From positions 1 to 49,318 of the forward strand of contig JACPLC010000003.1 of the NCBI GenBank assembly GCA_016186695.1: a DNA stretch of 49,318 bases, read 5' to 3'. The notes under the pieces are model-generated. The model saw nothing but the letters and a program-made list of their open reading frames with translations. It did no database searches and was not told the origin of the DNA. Positions 17,762-27,860 of this stretch are shown piece by piece. Positions within the stretch are counted from its first letter, which is position 1, and each line of letters begins with the position of its first letter. The translations under genes and the position numbers were made by a program. The DNA is from Candidatus Kaiserbacteria bacterium (lineage in GTDB: Bacteria > Patescibacteriota > Minisyncoccia > Phycocordibacterales > UBA2100).

Positions 17762-20432
17762 CAGCCGCGCGCGCGCGAGCGCTGTGTGAGCGCACGGGAC
17801 CCTTGCGAACGTCAAAGGTAAACTCGCCATCTTTGATATCAACGGAGACCGAACCTCCTTCCATCACACCGCGGGCGACCATCATGTTTGCGATCGGTGT
17901 CATGATCTTCGTCTGGATGAGACGCTTCAGCGGCCGTGCACCGTACTGCGGGTTGTATCCTTCTTTTGCAAGATGCGTGAGCGCGGCCGAAGAAAGCGAG
18001 AGTGAAATGTGTTTTTCCTCGAGACGCTTCGCGACGATATCCACCTGCATACGCACAATGTCGCGCACAGCCTCCTCGGAGAGAATGTTGAAGAGCACAA
18101 TTTCGTCGAGACGATTGAGGAATTCCGGGCGGAAAAAATCCTTCAAGGCGTCCATTACCTTCTGCTTCGCGTGGTCGTAGCGCTCGGCCTGCGTAGTACC
18201 GGCTCCGCTGCCGAAGCCCAGAGAAGACATACGGTCGATGTGCTCCGCGCCGATGTTGGAGGTCATGATGATGACGCAGTTCTTGAAGTTGACCGTGCGC
18301 CCCTTCGCATCCGTGAGACGGCCGTTGTCCAAAACCTGCAGGAGGATATTGAATACCTCCGGATGTGCTTTCTCTATCTCGTCGAAAAGAATCACCGAGT
18401 ACGGGCGATGCCGCACGAGCTCGGTCAAGCCGCCTCCTTCGTCGTAGCCCACATACCCCGGCGGAGAGCCGATCATCTTCGAAATGGAGTGTTTTTCCAT
18501 GTACTCCGACATATCGACGCGAATGAGGGCTTTGTCGGTGTTGAACATAAATTCCGCAAGTGCTTTCGTAAGCTCGGTCTTGCCGACACCCGTTGGGCCG
18601 AGGAAGAGGAACGAACCAACGGGGCGCTGAGGATCCGCAATGCCTGCGCGCGAGCGTTTGATGGCATCCGAAACTTTTTGGACTGCTTCGTCCTGTCCCA
18701 CGATGCGTACTTTTAGCTCGCCCTCCATGCGCGAGAGCTTTTCGGCTTCCTCTTCGAGCATGCGGGAGACGGGAACGCCGGTCCAGCGCGAGACAACATG
18801 CGCGACGTCCTCCTCCGTAATCTCTTCTTTGAGCACCCGTCTCGTTTGCTGAAGCTTCTTCATGCGCTTCATCGCGGTATCGAGTTCCCGCTCGAGCGCA
18901 GGAATGCGCCCGTAGCGGATTTCGGCTGTTTTGGTGAGATCGGCAGCATTTTCTGCCGTCTCGGACTCGACACGCGCCTTCTCAAGATCCGCCTTCAGGC
19001 GCTTGATCTCGGTGAGCGTTTCTTTCTCGTTCTTCCATTTGAGTTCGAGTTCTTTGGTGGAATCGCGCAGATCGGCGATTTCCTTCTCGATTGCCTTCGT
19101 GCGTGTGCGCGCCTTGCCAGCCTCTTCGGCTTCTTTCTTCAGAGCTTCGCGTTCGATCTCGAGACGCATGATGGTGCGGTGTGCTTCTTCCAAAATAGGC
19201 GGCTTGCTCTCAAGCGAGAGGCGAAGCGCCGAAGAGGCCTCATCGATAAGGTCGATCGCTTTGTCAGGAAGAAATCGCTCCGTGATGTAGCGGGTGGAAA
19301 GCTGTACGGCCGCGACAATAGCGTCGTCGGTGATGCGCACGCCGTGGTAGAGCTCGTAGCGCTCCTTCAATCCGCGCAAAATCGCGACCGCGTCCTCGAC
19401 TGAAGGCTCGTTGACATAGACGGGCTGGAAGCGACGTGTGAGTGCAGGGTCGTGCTCGATGTGCCGCTGGAACTCTTTCAGGGTCGTCGCGCCGATAACG
19501 CGGATCTCGCCACGCGCGAGCGCGGGCTTTAGCATGTTGGAAGCGTCCATCGAGCCTTCGGCAGCCCCGGCTCCCACAAGTGTATGGATCTCATCGACAA
19601 AAAGAATGATCTTCCCTTCGGAGCGCTCCACCTCACGCATCACCGCCTTCAAGCGCTCTTCGAATTCGCCGCGGTATTTCGTTCCCGCGATCAGTAGGCC
19701 CAGATCGAGCTGAACGATTTCCTTCCCCTTCAGACTCTCCGGCACATCGCCCGAGGCAACACGCTGTGCAAGCCCTTCGGCGACCGCCGTTTTGCCGACA
19801 CCCGCCTCGCCTATCAAAATCGGATTGTTCTTCGTGCGGCGCGAGAGGATCTGAATGACACGTAAGATTTCTGTATCGCGCCCGATGACGGGATCGAGCT
19901 TATTCTCGCGGGCACGCTCCGTGAGCGAGCGCGCAAAACGCGAGAGCGCGCGGGGTTTCTTCGGCTCCTCGGCATCGCGAATCTTCCCTTCTTTGATGTC
20001 GGTCAAGACACGCGCGAGCGCGGCACGATCGATACGAAAGCGCGCGAGCACATCGGAAGCCGGCCCGGGATGTTCGATGAGGCCGAGAAGGAGATGTTCG
20101 GGCGAGACGAACTGGTCGTTGAACGAAGCTGCGATACGCGGAGCCGCTTCAAAGACGCGCACTAATTCTGGTGTGAGATAGAGTTGGAATGAGGGAGAAA
20201 CCGCGGTATTGCCCGAAGAGCCCTCAATGAGCTCCAAGACAGAGTCAGAAAGGTGGGCAACGTCGATATCCACCTGCTCGAGCATCGGCACGACGATAGT
20301 TTCCTCCTGCATGAGAAGCGCGGTAAACAAATGGAGTGTTGAGACCTGGTTGTTCCCGCGCTCGACCGCGAGCTGGTGGGCCCGCTGGATGGCTTCTTTG
20401 GCCTTGGTTGTGTAGTTGTGGAATGGTGTCAT
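17751..20432 (-). CDS. clpB: ATP-dependent chaperone ClpB
   Basis: Clp N repeats, GEAGVGKT, long middle coiled coil, [25 protein letters not shown]. Confidence 0.95.
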   Translation of the reverse strand: MTPFHNYTTKAKEAIQRAHQLAVERGNNQVSTLHLFTALLMQEETIVVPMLEQVDIDVAHLSDSVLELIEGSSGNTAVSPSFQLYLTPELVRVFEAAPRIAASFNDQFVSPEHLLLGLIEHPGPASDVLARFRIDRAALARVLTDIKEGKIRDAEEPKKPRALSRFARSLTERARENKLDPVIGRDTEILRVIQILSRRTKNNPILIGEAGVGKTAVAEGLAQRVASGDVPESLKGKEIVQLDLGLLIAGTKYRGEFEERLKAVMREVERSEGKIILFVDEIHTLVGAGAAEGSMDASNMLKPALARGEIRVIGATTLKEFQRHIEHDPALTRRFQPVYVNEPSVEDAVAILRGLKERYELYHGVRITDDAIVAAVQLSTRYITERFLPDKAIDLIDEASSALRLSLESKPPILEEAHRTIMRLEIEREALKKEAEEAGKARTRTKAIEKEIADLRDSTKELELKWKNEKETLTEIKRLKADLEKARVESETAENAADLTKTAEIRYGRIPALERELDTAMKRMKKLQQTRRVLKEEITEEDVAHVVSRWTGVPVSRMLEEEAEKLSRMEGELKVRIVGQDEAVQKVSDAIKRSRAGIADPQRPVGSFLFLGPTGVGKTELTKALAEFMFNTDKALIRVDMSEYMEKHSISKMIGSPPGYVGYDEGGGLTELVRHRPYSVILFDEIEKAHPEVFNILLQVLDNGRLTDAKGRTVNFKNCVIIMTSNIGAEHIDRMSSLGFGSGAGTTQAERYDHAKQKVMDALKDFFRPEFLNRLDEIVLFNILSEEAVRDIVRMQVDIVAKRLEEKHISLSLSSAALTHLAKEGYNPQYGARPLKRLIQTKIMTPIANMMVARGVMEGGSVSVDIKDGEFTFDVRKGPVRSHSARARAAVRA

Positions 20433-20637
20433 ACCCGGTTAGTAGAATGTGCCTTTGCGCCAAGCGGAGGCGCGCTGGCGCGGCGTGAGCGACCAACTCT
20501 CAGCTGGTGCACTTTGGATATATTCGTTATTTGTTTTCATGATTTGTGTAAGCCTAAGGCACATTACACTACCGGGTCATACGAAAAAGCTTCAAGCTGC
20601 TTCAAAGAATACAGCAAAAAGGCTTTGGTTTCAAGCG

Positions 20638-21456
20638 CTACTCGGTGGCCGCAGGACTTTCTTCAGGTTGCTTCACGAGGACCGAAGTTGGCATGAAGGC
20701 TGCAGGAGAAGACGCTCGGGAAACTGAAGTACTTACACCGATAACTCCTCCTTCCGTATCTATAAGAGGGCTCCCGTCCATCACAAAGTCGGCCGAAACA
20801 TTGGTATCTATGACAGCAACCCCCCCTTCATCGCGCGGGATGAGTGCGGTCACGAGACCGTCTGTAATACGTGAGATAGTTTTCCCCGAAAGAACGACGA
20901 TTGTTTGCCCGAGTGTGGGAGAGCCGACCGAAAGTGTGGCAGGCGTGAATTGCACTATCTTCCCGTCCGCGGTCGTGGTAGCGGCACGCAGGGTCGCAAC
21001 GCCGCTCTTCGAATCACGGGAAGCAGGCGATGCGCTGACGCGTGTGCCGTCGGCAAGGGCAATCATAATATTCTTCACCTCGCCGATAGCCGAGACATCA
21101 CTGACAACATCTCCATCTGCATCAACGATAATGCCAAGCCCTAGGAAAACTGGCTCGGAAGAACTTGCGTATATGTGCACGAGGCTCGGTCGTACTTTTT
21201 CCACGGCTTTTGCGATGAGTTCAGACTCCTTCACCACGATGGTTTTCTCGGTCGTTACGACAGAAGAGGCAGTCTGACCGCTCGGCACCACCTTTTCAAC
21301 GGTGCGTTCGACGATGCGATTCACCGTCTGCGCGATAGCGGGCGGCGCCTGATCCATGAGGGAGACCGTGACGATGCCAGTAGCAATAGAGGTGACAAAG
21401 CTCACCAAGAGCGTAAGGAGGACGATTTGGGATTTGGAAAGCTCCTCCATGTCCAT
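20638..21456 (-). CDS. Membrane-anchored trypsin-like (S1C/HtrA-like) protein, apparently inactive
   Basis: TM helix, AVEKVRPSLVHI, GLGIIVDADG, GSPLIDTEGGVIGV; catalytic triad residues not found. Confidence 0.75.
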   Translation of the reverse strand: MDMEELSKSQIVLLTLLVSFVTSIATGIVTVSLMDQAPPAIAQTVNRIVERTVEKVVPSGQTASSVVTTEKTIVVKESELIAKAVEKVRPSLVHIYASSSEPVFLGLGIIVDADGDVVSDVSAIGEVKNIMIALADGTRVSASPASRDSKSGVATLRAATTTADGKIVQFTPATLSVGSPTLGQTIVVLSGKTISRITDGLVTALIPRDEGGVAVIDTNVSADFVMDGSPLIDTEGGVIGVSTSVSRASSPAAFMPTSVLVKQPEESPAATE

Positions 21457-21490
21457 GGCCGCAATATAGCAACTTTCCGAAACCGCGCAA

Positions 21491-22678
21491 TTATGGGGTT
21501 TTCCCTACTATCCTTACGATCCTTGTGAGCGCCGAGACAATACTGCCTATGTCGCGCTGACGGGTATCGCGCCCCAATGATATACGGATAGTATTCGCTG
21601 CCCTCCACTCCTCTCCGCCGAGGGCAGCGACAACGTGCGAACGAGATTCTTCTCCTTCGCGGCACGCGCTCTTCGTCGAAACGGCGAAGCCTGCGTGATC
21701 GAGCGCGAGCGTCACATATTCGCTCTGAATATTAGGTATCGAAACATTGAGCATGTGCGGAAGCGAGTGCTTTAAGTCGCCGTTAACGATAAGAGACGGA
21801 ATTCGTGCGGCGAGTTCGTGCGCGAGCTCGTCACGCAATTTTTTAAGTCGCTCCGTCTCAAGCTTCCTCTCATACGCCACAAGCTCGAACGCCGCGGCAA
21901 ATCCCGCAGCGAGTGCGACACTCTCCGTGCCGGCGCGGAGCCCGCGTTCTTGTTTCCCGCCAAAGGTAATCGTGGCAAGTTCGACTTTGTTCGAGATATA
22001 GAGCGCGCCGACCCCATGCGGGCCATAGAGCTTGTTGCCACCGAGAGAGAGAAGGTCGACGCCGAGACTGCTGATGACCGTCGGAAGATAGAGCAGCGCC
22101 TGTCCTGCGTCGGTGTGAAATGCAATATGCCTTTTATGGTGGTCGCTAAAATTTTTCAGTACGCGGGCAATTTTTCCGAGCGGTTGAACCGTTCCGATTT
22201 CATTATTCGCCCAGCCGATAGAAACAAAAACGGTTTCGGGTCGAAGCATCCGCCCGATAGCATCGGGAGAAATTATTCCCCGTTCGTCCGGATCGACGTG
22301 CGAGACTGTTCCGCCGAGACGCTCGATCTCTGCAAAACAACCGAGAACAGAATCGTGCTCGATCGAACTTACGAGCCAATGCGTGCCAGAAAGCGACCTT
22401 CGCGTTTGCTCGAGTTTTCTCGCAAAACCAATAATCGCGAGATTGTTCGCCTCGGTAAGACCGCTGGTTATGATAAGCTCGCGCGCTTTGCAGCCCAAGG
22501 GAATCGCAATCCTCGCGCGCGAATCTTCGAGAGACTTTTTTGCCGCGACCCCTTCCGTGTGTATCGCGCCGGCATTGCCGACGAGCTGCTCCGCATCACG
22601 CATCGCGACGATCGCATCCCGTAAAACAGGCGGCGCGCTCGCGTAATCGAGATAAATCCGACGTTTGGAAAACAACAT
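21491..22678 (-). CDS. iscS: Cysteine desulfurase (IscS/NifS)
   Basis: IYLDYAS, ANNEIG, HTDAGQ, NKLYGPHGVG, RAGTE, STKSAC. Confidence 0.9.
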   Translation of the reverse strand: MLFSKRRIYLDYASAPPVLRDAIVAMRDAEQLVGNAGAIHTEGVAAKKSLEDSRARIAIPLGCKARELIITSGLTEANNLAIIGFARKLEQTRRSLSGTHWLVSSIEHDSVLGCFAEIERLGGTVSHVDPDERGIISPDAIGRMLRPETVFVSIGWANNEIGTVQPLGKIARVLKNFSDHHKRHIAFHTDAGQALLYLPTVISSLGVDLLSLGGNKLYGPHGVGALYISNKVELATITFGGKQERGLRAGTESVALAAGFAAAFELVAYERKLETERLKKLRDELAHELAARIPSLIVNGDLKHSLPHMLNVSIPNIQSEYVTLALDHAGFAVSTKSACREGEESRSHVVAALGGEEWRAANTIRISLGRDTRQRDIGSIVSALTRIVRIVGKTP

Positions 22679-22727
22679 AAGAGGAGTATACTGCCGAAAA
22701 CTGCCTGTATGGCAATCGCTGCAACAT

Positions 22728-24242
22728 ATGTCAAAACCAACCGCACAGGCCGAGCGTCCTCCTATCGTCGTGGTGATGGGCCATGTCGATCACGGCAAAT
22801 CGACGCTCCTTGATTTCATCCGCAAATCGAACACCGTCGCAAAAGAAGCCGGCGGCATCACGCAGCACGTAGCAGCGTACGAGGTAGAGCGCCCTTCTAC
22901 ACGTTCAGGACAAACGAAAAGAATTACGTTTATTGACACTCCCGGACATGCCGCGTTCCAGACGATACGCGCGCGCGGCGCAAATGTAGCCGACATCGCG
23001 ATCCTCGTCGTCGCCGCAGACGACGGCGTGAAGCCGCAGACGCTGGAGGCATTGCAGAGCATCAAAGGCGCAGACATCCCCTACATCGTCGCCATCAACA
23101 AGATCGACAAACCAAACGCAAACGTGGAACGCACGCAGGCATCTCTCATGCAAGAGGGCGTTTATCTCGAAAAACTCGGCGGTGACGTCCCATGGGCAGC
23201 AATTTCCGCAAAAGTTGGGACCGGTGTCGAAGAACTGCTGGATCTCATTCTTCTCGTTGCGGAAGTGCACGAATTGAAGGGTGGTGCGGAGGCACCGGCG
23301 TCGGGTTTTGTCATTGAGGCGCACCGCGATCCGAAACGGGGTCTTGCGGCAACGCTCATTATTACAAGCGGAACACTACGCTCCGGCATGACAGTCGTTG
23401 CCGGTCGCGGTATCTCCCCTGTGCGCATCATGGAAACGACGGGCGGTGTTGCTTTACGCGAGGCTTCATTTTCAACGCCGGTACAACTCGTGGGATTCGA
23501 CGAGCTGCCCGACGTCGGTGCGGAATTCCTTGCATTCAAGGGAAAGCGCGAGGCAGAAGAGGCGCGCTCGGCTGCGAGCGAAACGCGTGTGAAGGAGGGA
23601 AAGGCGGCGTATATTCCCGAGGAACATCCGGCGCAATTCAGCCTCCCGCTCATCGTACGCGCCGACACCTCCGGTTCTCTTGAAGCGATAGAACATGAGA
23701 CCGTGAAGCTGGGAGACGAGCATGCATCGGTGCGAATTGTGCAATCGGGAATCGGCGCCGTTTCCGAAAACGACGTGAAAGCTGCACTCGCGGGCTCTGT
23801 GCAAGCGGTCGTCATTGGCTTCAACGTGAAGGTAGACCCGATCGCCGAAGAGCATGCGCGGCAGCATATGGTGCGTGTTGAGACCTTCGACATCATCTAC
23901 AAACTGACCGAGCGCGTCGAGGAACTTTTGCACCAGACTCGGCCAAAGCGTCTCGTCGAAGAAATCGTGGGTAAAGCAAAAGTGCTCAAACAATTCTCGA
24001 GCCGCAAAGATCAACACGTCGTCGGGGGCTCGGTAGCCGAAGGCTACCTTGCACGCGGTGCTTCCGTGCGGGTGCTACGCCGCAGGACGCTCATCGGCGT
24101 CGGAAAAATAAAGAACATTCAGTCGCACAAGGCAGATGTCGAACGCGTTGAGTCTGGTAGTGAATTCGGTGCTCTCATCGTAAGCCCGTTCGAGGTAGTA
24201 CAGGGTGACACGTTGGAGTGCTTCACGAGCGCGATGAAATGA
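22728..24242 (+). CDS. infB: Translation initiation factor IF-2 (short form lacking the N-terminal extension)
   Basis: [42 protein letters not shown]. Confidence 0.96.
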   Translation: MSKPTAQAERPPIVVVMGHVDHGKSTLLDFIRKSNTVAKEAGGITQHVAAYEVERPSTRSGQTKRITFIDTPGHAAFQTIRARGANVADIAILVVAADDGVKPQTLEALQSIKGADIPYIVAINKIDKPNANVERTQASLMQEGVYLEKLGGDVPWAAISAKVGTGVEELLDLILLVAEVHELKGGAEAPASGFVIEAHRDPKRGLAATLIITSGTLRSGMTVVAGRGISPVRIMETTGGVALREASFSTPVQLVGFDELPDVGAEFLAFKGKREAEEARSAASETRVKEGKAAYIPEEHPAQFSLPLIVRADTSGSLEAIEHETVKLGDEHASVRIVQSGIGAVSENDVKAALAGSVQAVVIGFNVKVDPIAEEHARQHMVRVETFDIIYKLTERVEELLHQTRPKRLVEEIVGKAKVLKQFSSRKDQHVVGGSVAEGYLARGASVRVLRRRTLIGVGKIKNIQSHKADVERVESGSEFGALIVSPFEVVQGDTLECFTSAMK

Positions 24243-24574
24243 ACATGAGCCGCAGGCACGTACAGGTGTCCGAAGAACTCGCACACATGGCCGGTGAATT
24301 TCTCGCGCGCGAGGTGGCAAATCCATCGGTCTACGGCCTCATAACCGTGACTCGCGCGGAACTCTCGGACGACTTCAGGAACGTTACCGTTTTTCTTTCG
24401 GTCCTTCCACAGACGAAGGAGAACGAGGCCATTCATTTTGCGAAGCGCGCACGAAGTGATTTCCGGAAATACGTGAAGGAGCACAGCTTTCTGCAACCCA
24501 TTCCGATCATCGATTTTGAAATCGACTATGGTGAGAAAAACCGCCAGCGCGTCGACGAATTAACAAGGAAATAG
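24239..24574 (+). CDS. rbfA: Ribosome-binding factor A
   Basis: Follows infB with an ATGA overlap; ITVTRAELSDD, P.IDFEID. Confidence 0.9.
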   Translation: MNMSRRHVQVSEELAHMAGEFLAREVANPSVYGLITVTRAELSDDFRNVTVFLSVLPQTKENEAIHFAKRARSDFRKYVKEHSFLQPIPIIDFEIDYGEKNRQRVDELTRK

Positions 24575-24578
24575 GTTG

Positions 24579-24650
24579 AGGCCACGGCGGGACTCGAACC
24601 CGCGCATAAGAGTTTTGCAGACTCCCGTGTTACCCCTTCACCACGTGGCC
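24579..24650 (-). tRNA. tRNA-Cys(GCA)
   Basis: Acceptor GGCCACG/CGTGGCC with discriminator T; anticodon loop CT GCA AA. Confidence 0.96.
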
Positions 24651-24694
24651 GACGCGTGTACTTTAGCATAAATTGAGCTAGGATTAGCGACATT

Positions 24695-24777
24695 GCCGGG
24701 GTGGCGAAAATGGTAATACGCGCACGACTTAAGATCGTGTTCCGAAAGGAGTGTGGGTTCGACTCCCACCCCCGGCA
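24695..24777 (+). tRNA. tRNA-Leu(TAA)
   Basis: GCCGGGG/CCCCGGC; CACGA-CT TAA GA-TCGTG; variable arm. Confidence 0.96.
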
Positions 24778-24819
24778 CATCGTTCTCAAAAATAATCCCG
24801 TCGTGTACAATCTGACAGA

Positions 24820-24892
24820 CCGCCCGTAGCTCAACTGGTAGAGCAGCCGCCTCTTAAGCGGTTGGTTCCGCGTTCGAGTCGCGGCGGGCGGA
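24820..24892 (+). tRNA. tRNA-Lys(CTT)
   Basis: CCGCCCG/CGGGCGG; GCCGC-CT CTT AA-GCGGT; T-loop TTCGAGT. Confidence 0.95.
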
Positions 24893-25056
24893 CACGAACG
24901 GAGTGAGTGCCGCTCGAGCAGTGTGCCTTCGCACACTGCGTCCCGACGAGAACGCCGGAGCGATGAGAGGCGAGCTCGCCGAGCAGCGAGGCGGTGCCCA
25001 GACCGAGGCGAGCGACGGCGAGCCGAGAGTCGAGGGAGAGTCGCGGCGGGCGGACA
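24876..25056 (+). mobile_element. tRNA-3'-associated structured element, copy 2 (behind tRNA-Lys CTT)
   Basis: 19-bp direct repeat GAGTCGCGGCGGGCGGACA at 24876-24894 and 25038-25056; 143-nt interior homologous to 14562-14702. Confidence 0.8.
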
Positions 25057-25088
25057 AGAAAACTTTTTTGCTATAGGATGAACGTCTC

Positions 25089-25169
25089 GGGCAGGTGGCG
25101 AAATGGCAGACGCGCTAGGCTTAGGACCTAGTCCCGCAAGGGGTGAGAGTTCGAATCTCTCCCTGCCCA
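25089..25169 (+). tRNA. tRNA-Leu(TAG)
   Basis: GGGCAGG/CCTGCCC; CTAGG-CT TAG GA-CCTAG; variable arm. Confidence 0.96.
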
Positions 25170-25207
25170 CACGCTATAGAAATTTCCAGACGCAATTATT
25201 ATGAACC

Positions 25208-25235
25208 ACCGGCTAATTCGTGCGAATTAGCCGGT
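25208..25235. repeat. Palindrome of the CTAATTCG-NN-CGAATTAG family
   Basis: ACCGGCTAATTCG-tg-CGAATTAGCCGGT; same core at 3745-3766 inside dus. Confidence 0.7.
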
Positions 25236-25446
25236 AAGACGGCAGGCCGGCAAAACCACAATGAGACGGGTACAAATCGGCTCGAAACTCATTTTGAATT
25301 CGGGAAAAGAAAATTTTTACGCATACGAGACAAGAAATGAGGTCGGTAGTTTTTTGGGCTGAACTCTTGTAATCAATCCAACTTTGTGGCATAGTCTCGC
25401 GAGACAGTCAGACCGAGCAAACGCGCAATGGAGGTGCGAAGTGACG

Positions 25447-25890
25447 ATGACAGAAGTGGTTGGAACCGAGCCCAAAATCGGTTCACGAGTACACGCGGAC
25501 GGTCCACAGACGACGAGTCTGCTGGAAGAAATCGAAGAAGCCCTGACCAACGGCGTCATCGACTCGACACAGTTCGTCGGTCGAAGGGTACGCGTCAATG
25601 GCTATAACTATGTGCTCGAAACCACGATCTCGGGCATGCAGATTGCCATCGTTCTGCATTCGAAGTTCGCCGAGAGACCGGACCTGAAGAACGTGCGGTT
25701 CACCCTGAAGGATTCTGTCGTATCGATCGACAAGAAACGGTATCGAATGACCAGGACGATCGACCACCTCAGCTACGCTTATGGCTGGACCACGAAGAGC
25801 ATGAAGGTTGATTCCGGCGATATGAAAGTTGTCTTCAAAGACGACGGCTTGGAGACCATCAAGGCTGCGTCGATGGACCTTCTTGACTAG
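25447..25890 (+). CDS. Hypothetical protein
   Basis: GGAGGTG SD upstream and terminator downstream. Confidence 0.7.
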   Translation: MTEVVGTEPKIGSRVHADGPQTTSLLEEIEEALTNGVIDSTQFVGRRVRVNGYNYVLETTISGMQIAIVLHSKFAERPDLKNVRFTLKDSVVSIDKKRYRMTRTIDHLSYAYGWTTKSMKVDSGDMKVVFKDDGLETIKAASMDLLD

Positions 25891-25925
25891 CTGATGCTGG
25901 ACTCTTGAGGCCATCAACTGGTTCT

Positions 25926-25957
25926 GGCTCGCGCCAAGTGCGCGGGCCTTTCTTTTT
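25926..25957 (+). terminator. Intrinsic terminator
   Basis: GGCTCGCGC-caagt-GCGCGGGCC then TTTCTTTTT. Confidence 0.75.
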
Positions 25958-26110
25958 GAAAGAACAAAATTGTGCGCTTCCCTCCTTCACTAAAGCTACG
26001 GATGGGCAAAGCGCGCGCTCGAATCTAGTCCGCCAAACCTACCTGCCGCCACGTTTCACTTTTAATACGTTAGAATTACGGTATGGCCGGTTAGGACGTG
26101 ATTTGAATCT

Positions 26111-27001
26111 ATGGACTTAAAATACTTTTCAAAGAACGGGAAAATCCTACCCATCGGAGAAGCGGCGATTCCGCTTTCGAACATTGAATATCAGTACGGC
26201 TTCGGCGTGTATGAGAACATTCGCGTGAACGATGGGATTCCCTACTTTCTTGACGATCACGTAGAACGTCTGCTCGAATCTGCACGAATCATAGGCATCG
26301 CGCACAGCTTCAGTGAAGCATCTGTCCGAAAGAGTGTTACCGATCTCGTTAAAAAGAACGGCGCCGGCACACCCGCCCGACCGAATGACGGTCATTCGGG
26401 CAGGTACAACCTTAAAGTCCTTCTCATCGGAGGAAAAGAGCCCGCGCTCTATATAGTGTGTCTCAATCCCCTTTTCCCCGACAAGAAACTCTATACCGAA
26501 GGCGCAGACTTCGTCACCTACGAGTATGAGCGCCCGTTTCCCCATGCAAAGACATTGAACATGCTACAGAGCTACCTCGCATACAAGGAGGCATATGAGG
26601 CCGACTGTTACGATGCGCTCCTCATCAATGGAAAAGGCTGTATCACGGAAGGGACCCGTACCAACTTTTTCTGCATACAGGGCCGGACGCTCGTCTCCGC
26701 GCCCGAGAGCGAAATACTTCTTGGCGTCACGCGAAAGGCCGTGCTCAAGATGGCAAAGGAAAACGGATACACTCTCGAGGAGCGGGAACTTCGCTTCTCC
26801 GATGTTATACATTCCGACGGAGCCTTCGTCACGAGCACGTCCTCAAAAATTATTCCCGTCCGCTCCATCGATAAGCACGCTATCACGGTAGCGTCCAATA
26901 CACTCCGAGAACTCATGGAGCTGTTCGACGAATTCCTTCAGAACTGCAAGGGAAAGCTCATCCCGTTAGAGGCAGGAAGCGATGCTTCCCGTGCGCAATG
27001 A
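26111..27001 (+). CDS. Aminotransferase class IV (BCAT/PabC-like)
   Basis: YGFGVYE, HVERL, AKTLN, ITEGTRTNFF, ILLGVTR, FVTST. Confidence 0.92.
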   Translation: MDLKYFSKNGKILPIGEAAIPLSNIEYQYGFGVYENIRVNDGIPYFLDDHVERLLESARIIGIAHSFSEASVRKSVTDLVKKNGAGTPARPNDGHSGRYNLKVLLIGGKEPALYIVCLNPLFPDKKLYTEGADFVTYEYERPFPHAKTLNMLQSYLAYKEAYEADCYDALLINGKGCITEGTRTNFFCIQGRTLVSAPESEILLGVTRKAVLKMAKENGYTLEERELRFSDVIHSDGAFVTSTSSKIIPVRSIDKHAITVASNTLRELMELFDEFLQNCKGKLIPLEAGSDASRAQ

Positions 27002-27081
27002 AGTGCTGCCAATCGATCTCATCACCATTCGATACCGATATTACATTTGTAGAGTTCGTCTTCCGCAGCCTCTAACGGGAC

Positions 27082-27390
27082 TCACTTGAAAAGGGGCGGA
27101 ATGTCGATGTCCTGCCAGCGGCTCACGTCGGGATTCGCCGAAAATGCATCGAGGCCAAAGGTATTGTCGAGAAGCGCGAGGATCCCGTAGACGGATGCCA
27201 TCACAAACATCCCCACGACGCCCCAGAGCATATGCTGAATGTGCTCTTCGCGGTTCGCACCCTTGTCGAGATCGAGAATGAAGCGCACGAGACCCCACAC
27301 GAAGAGAAAAAAACCCGCCGTGAAGACCACGAGTATCGCGGGATTGATGATGTAGGTGACGAAATTCTCAAGAATTTGTGCGCCGCTCAT
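27082..27390 (-). CDS. VirB2/TrbC-like pilin-type membrane protein
   Basis: FVWGLVRFI...HMLWGVVGMFVMASVYGI. Confidence 0.78.
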   Translation of the reverse strand: MSGAQILENFVTYIINPAILVVFTAGFFLFVWGLVRFILDLDKGANREEHIQHMLWGVVGMFVMASVYGILALLDNTFGLDAFSANPDVSRWQDIDIPPLFK

Positions 27391-27394
27391 CCCG

Positions 27395-27754
27395 TTAGTA
27401 GGTTCTGCCTGGGTTTACGACAATGCCTTTGGGAATCACAGGATCGGTCGAGGTCACTTTGAGCGTGCTCTGCAGCAAGCGGATGATGCCCCAGATACTG
27501 ACCATCACGAAAATCGCAATGATGCCCCAGAACATTATCTTGAGACCTTCATTGGCATTGTCGTGGTCCAAGCTGATGAGATACTTGATGAGCCCCCAGA
27601 AGAAAACCACGATTGCAAGCGTAATAAAGAGCCCGATGACGCCGTTCAAGAAGGTGCTCGCAAGAACGAGCGTGTCTATCAGGGTCGCGGCACTCGCAAT
27701 CGAGGGCAGCAGGAGCGCAAGTATCGGAAATGCGGCACGGGTGAAGCTTGCCAT
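27395..27754 (-). CDS. VirB2/TrbC-like pilin-type membrane protein
   Basis: Signal LLLPSIASA; FFWGLIKYL...MFWGIIAIFVMVSIWGIIRLL. Confidence 0.8.
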   Translation of the reverse strand: MASFTRAAFPILALLLPSIASAATLIDTLVLASTFLNGVIGLFITLAIVVFFWGLIKYLISLDHDNANEGLKIMFWGIIAIFVMVSIWGIIRLLQSTLKVTSTDPVIPKGIVVNPGRTY

Positions 27755-27860
27755 ACGTATTAAGCAATTTTTAGATAAGTAACTAAGTACTCTCATGCTA
27801 CCGAGCTTGCCCAAAAACACAATCGGTCATGCGTCAACCGTGTGGATAACGAATCGACAG

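Noticed and set aside
14543-25056. tRNA-linked direct repeats as a CRISPR array or prophage att pair
   Set aside because: There are only two repeats per locus, about 160 bp apart. The interiors are homologous rather than unique spacers, and there are no cas, integrase or phage genes.
24526-25170. 214-aa minus-strand ORF over the tRNA cluster
   Set aside because: It is a spurious reading of four tRNA genes and the structured element.
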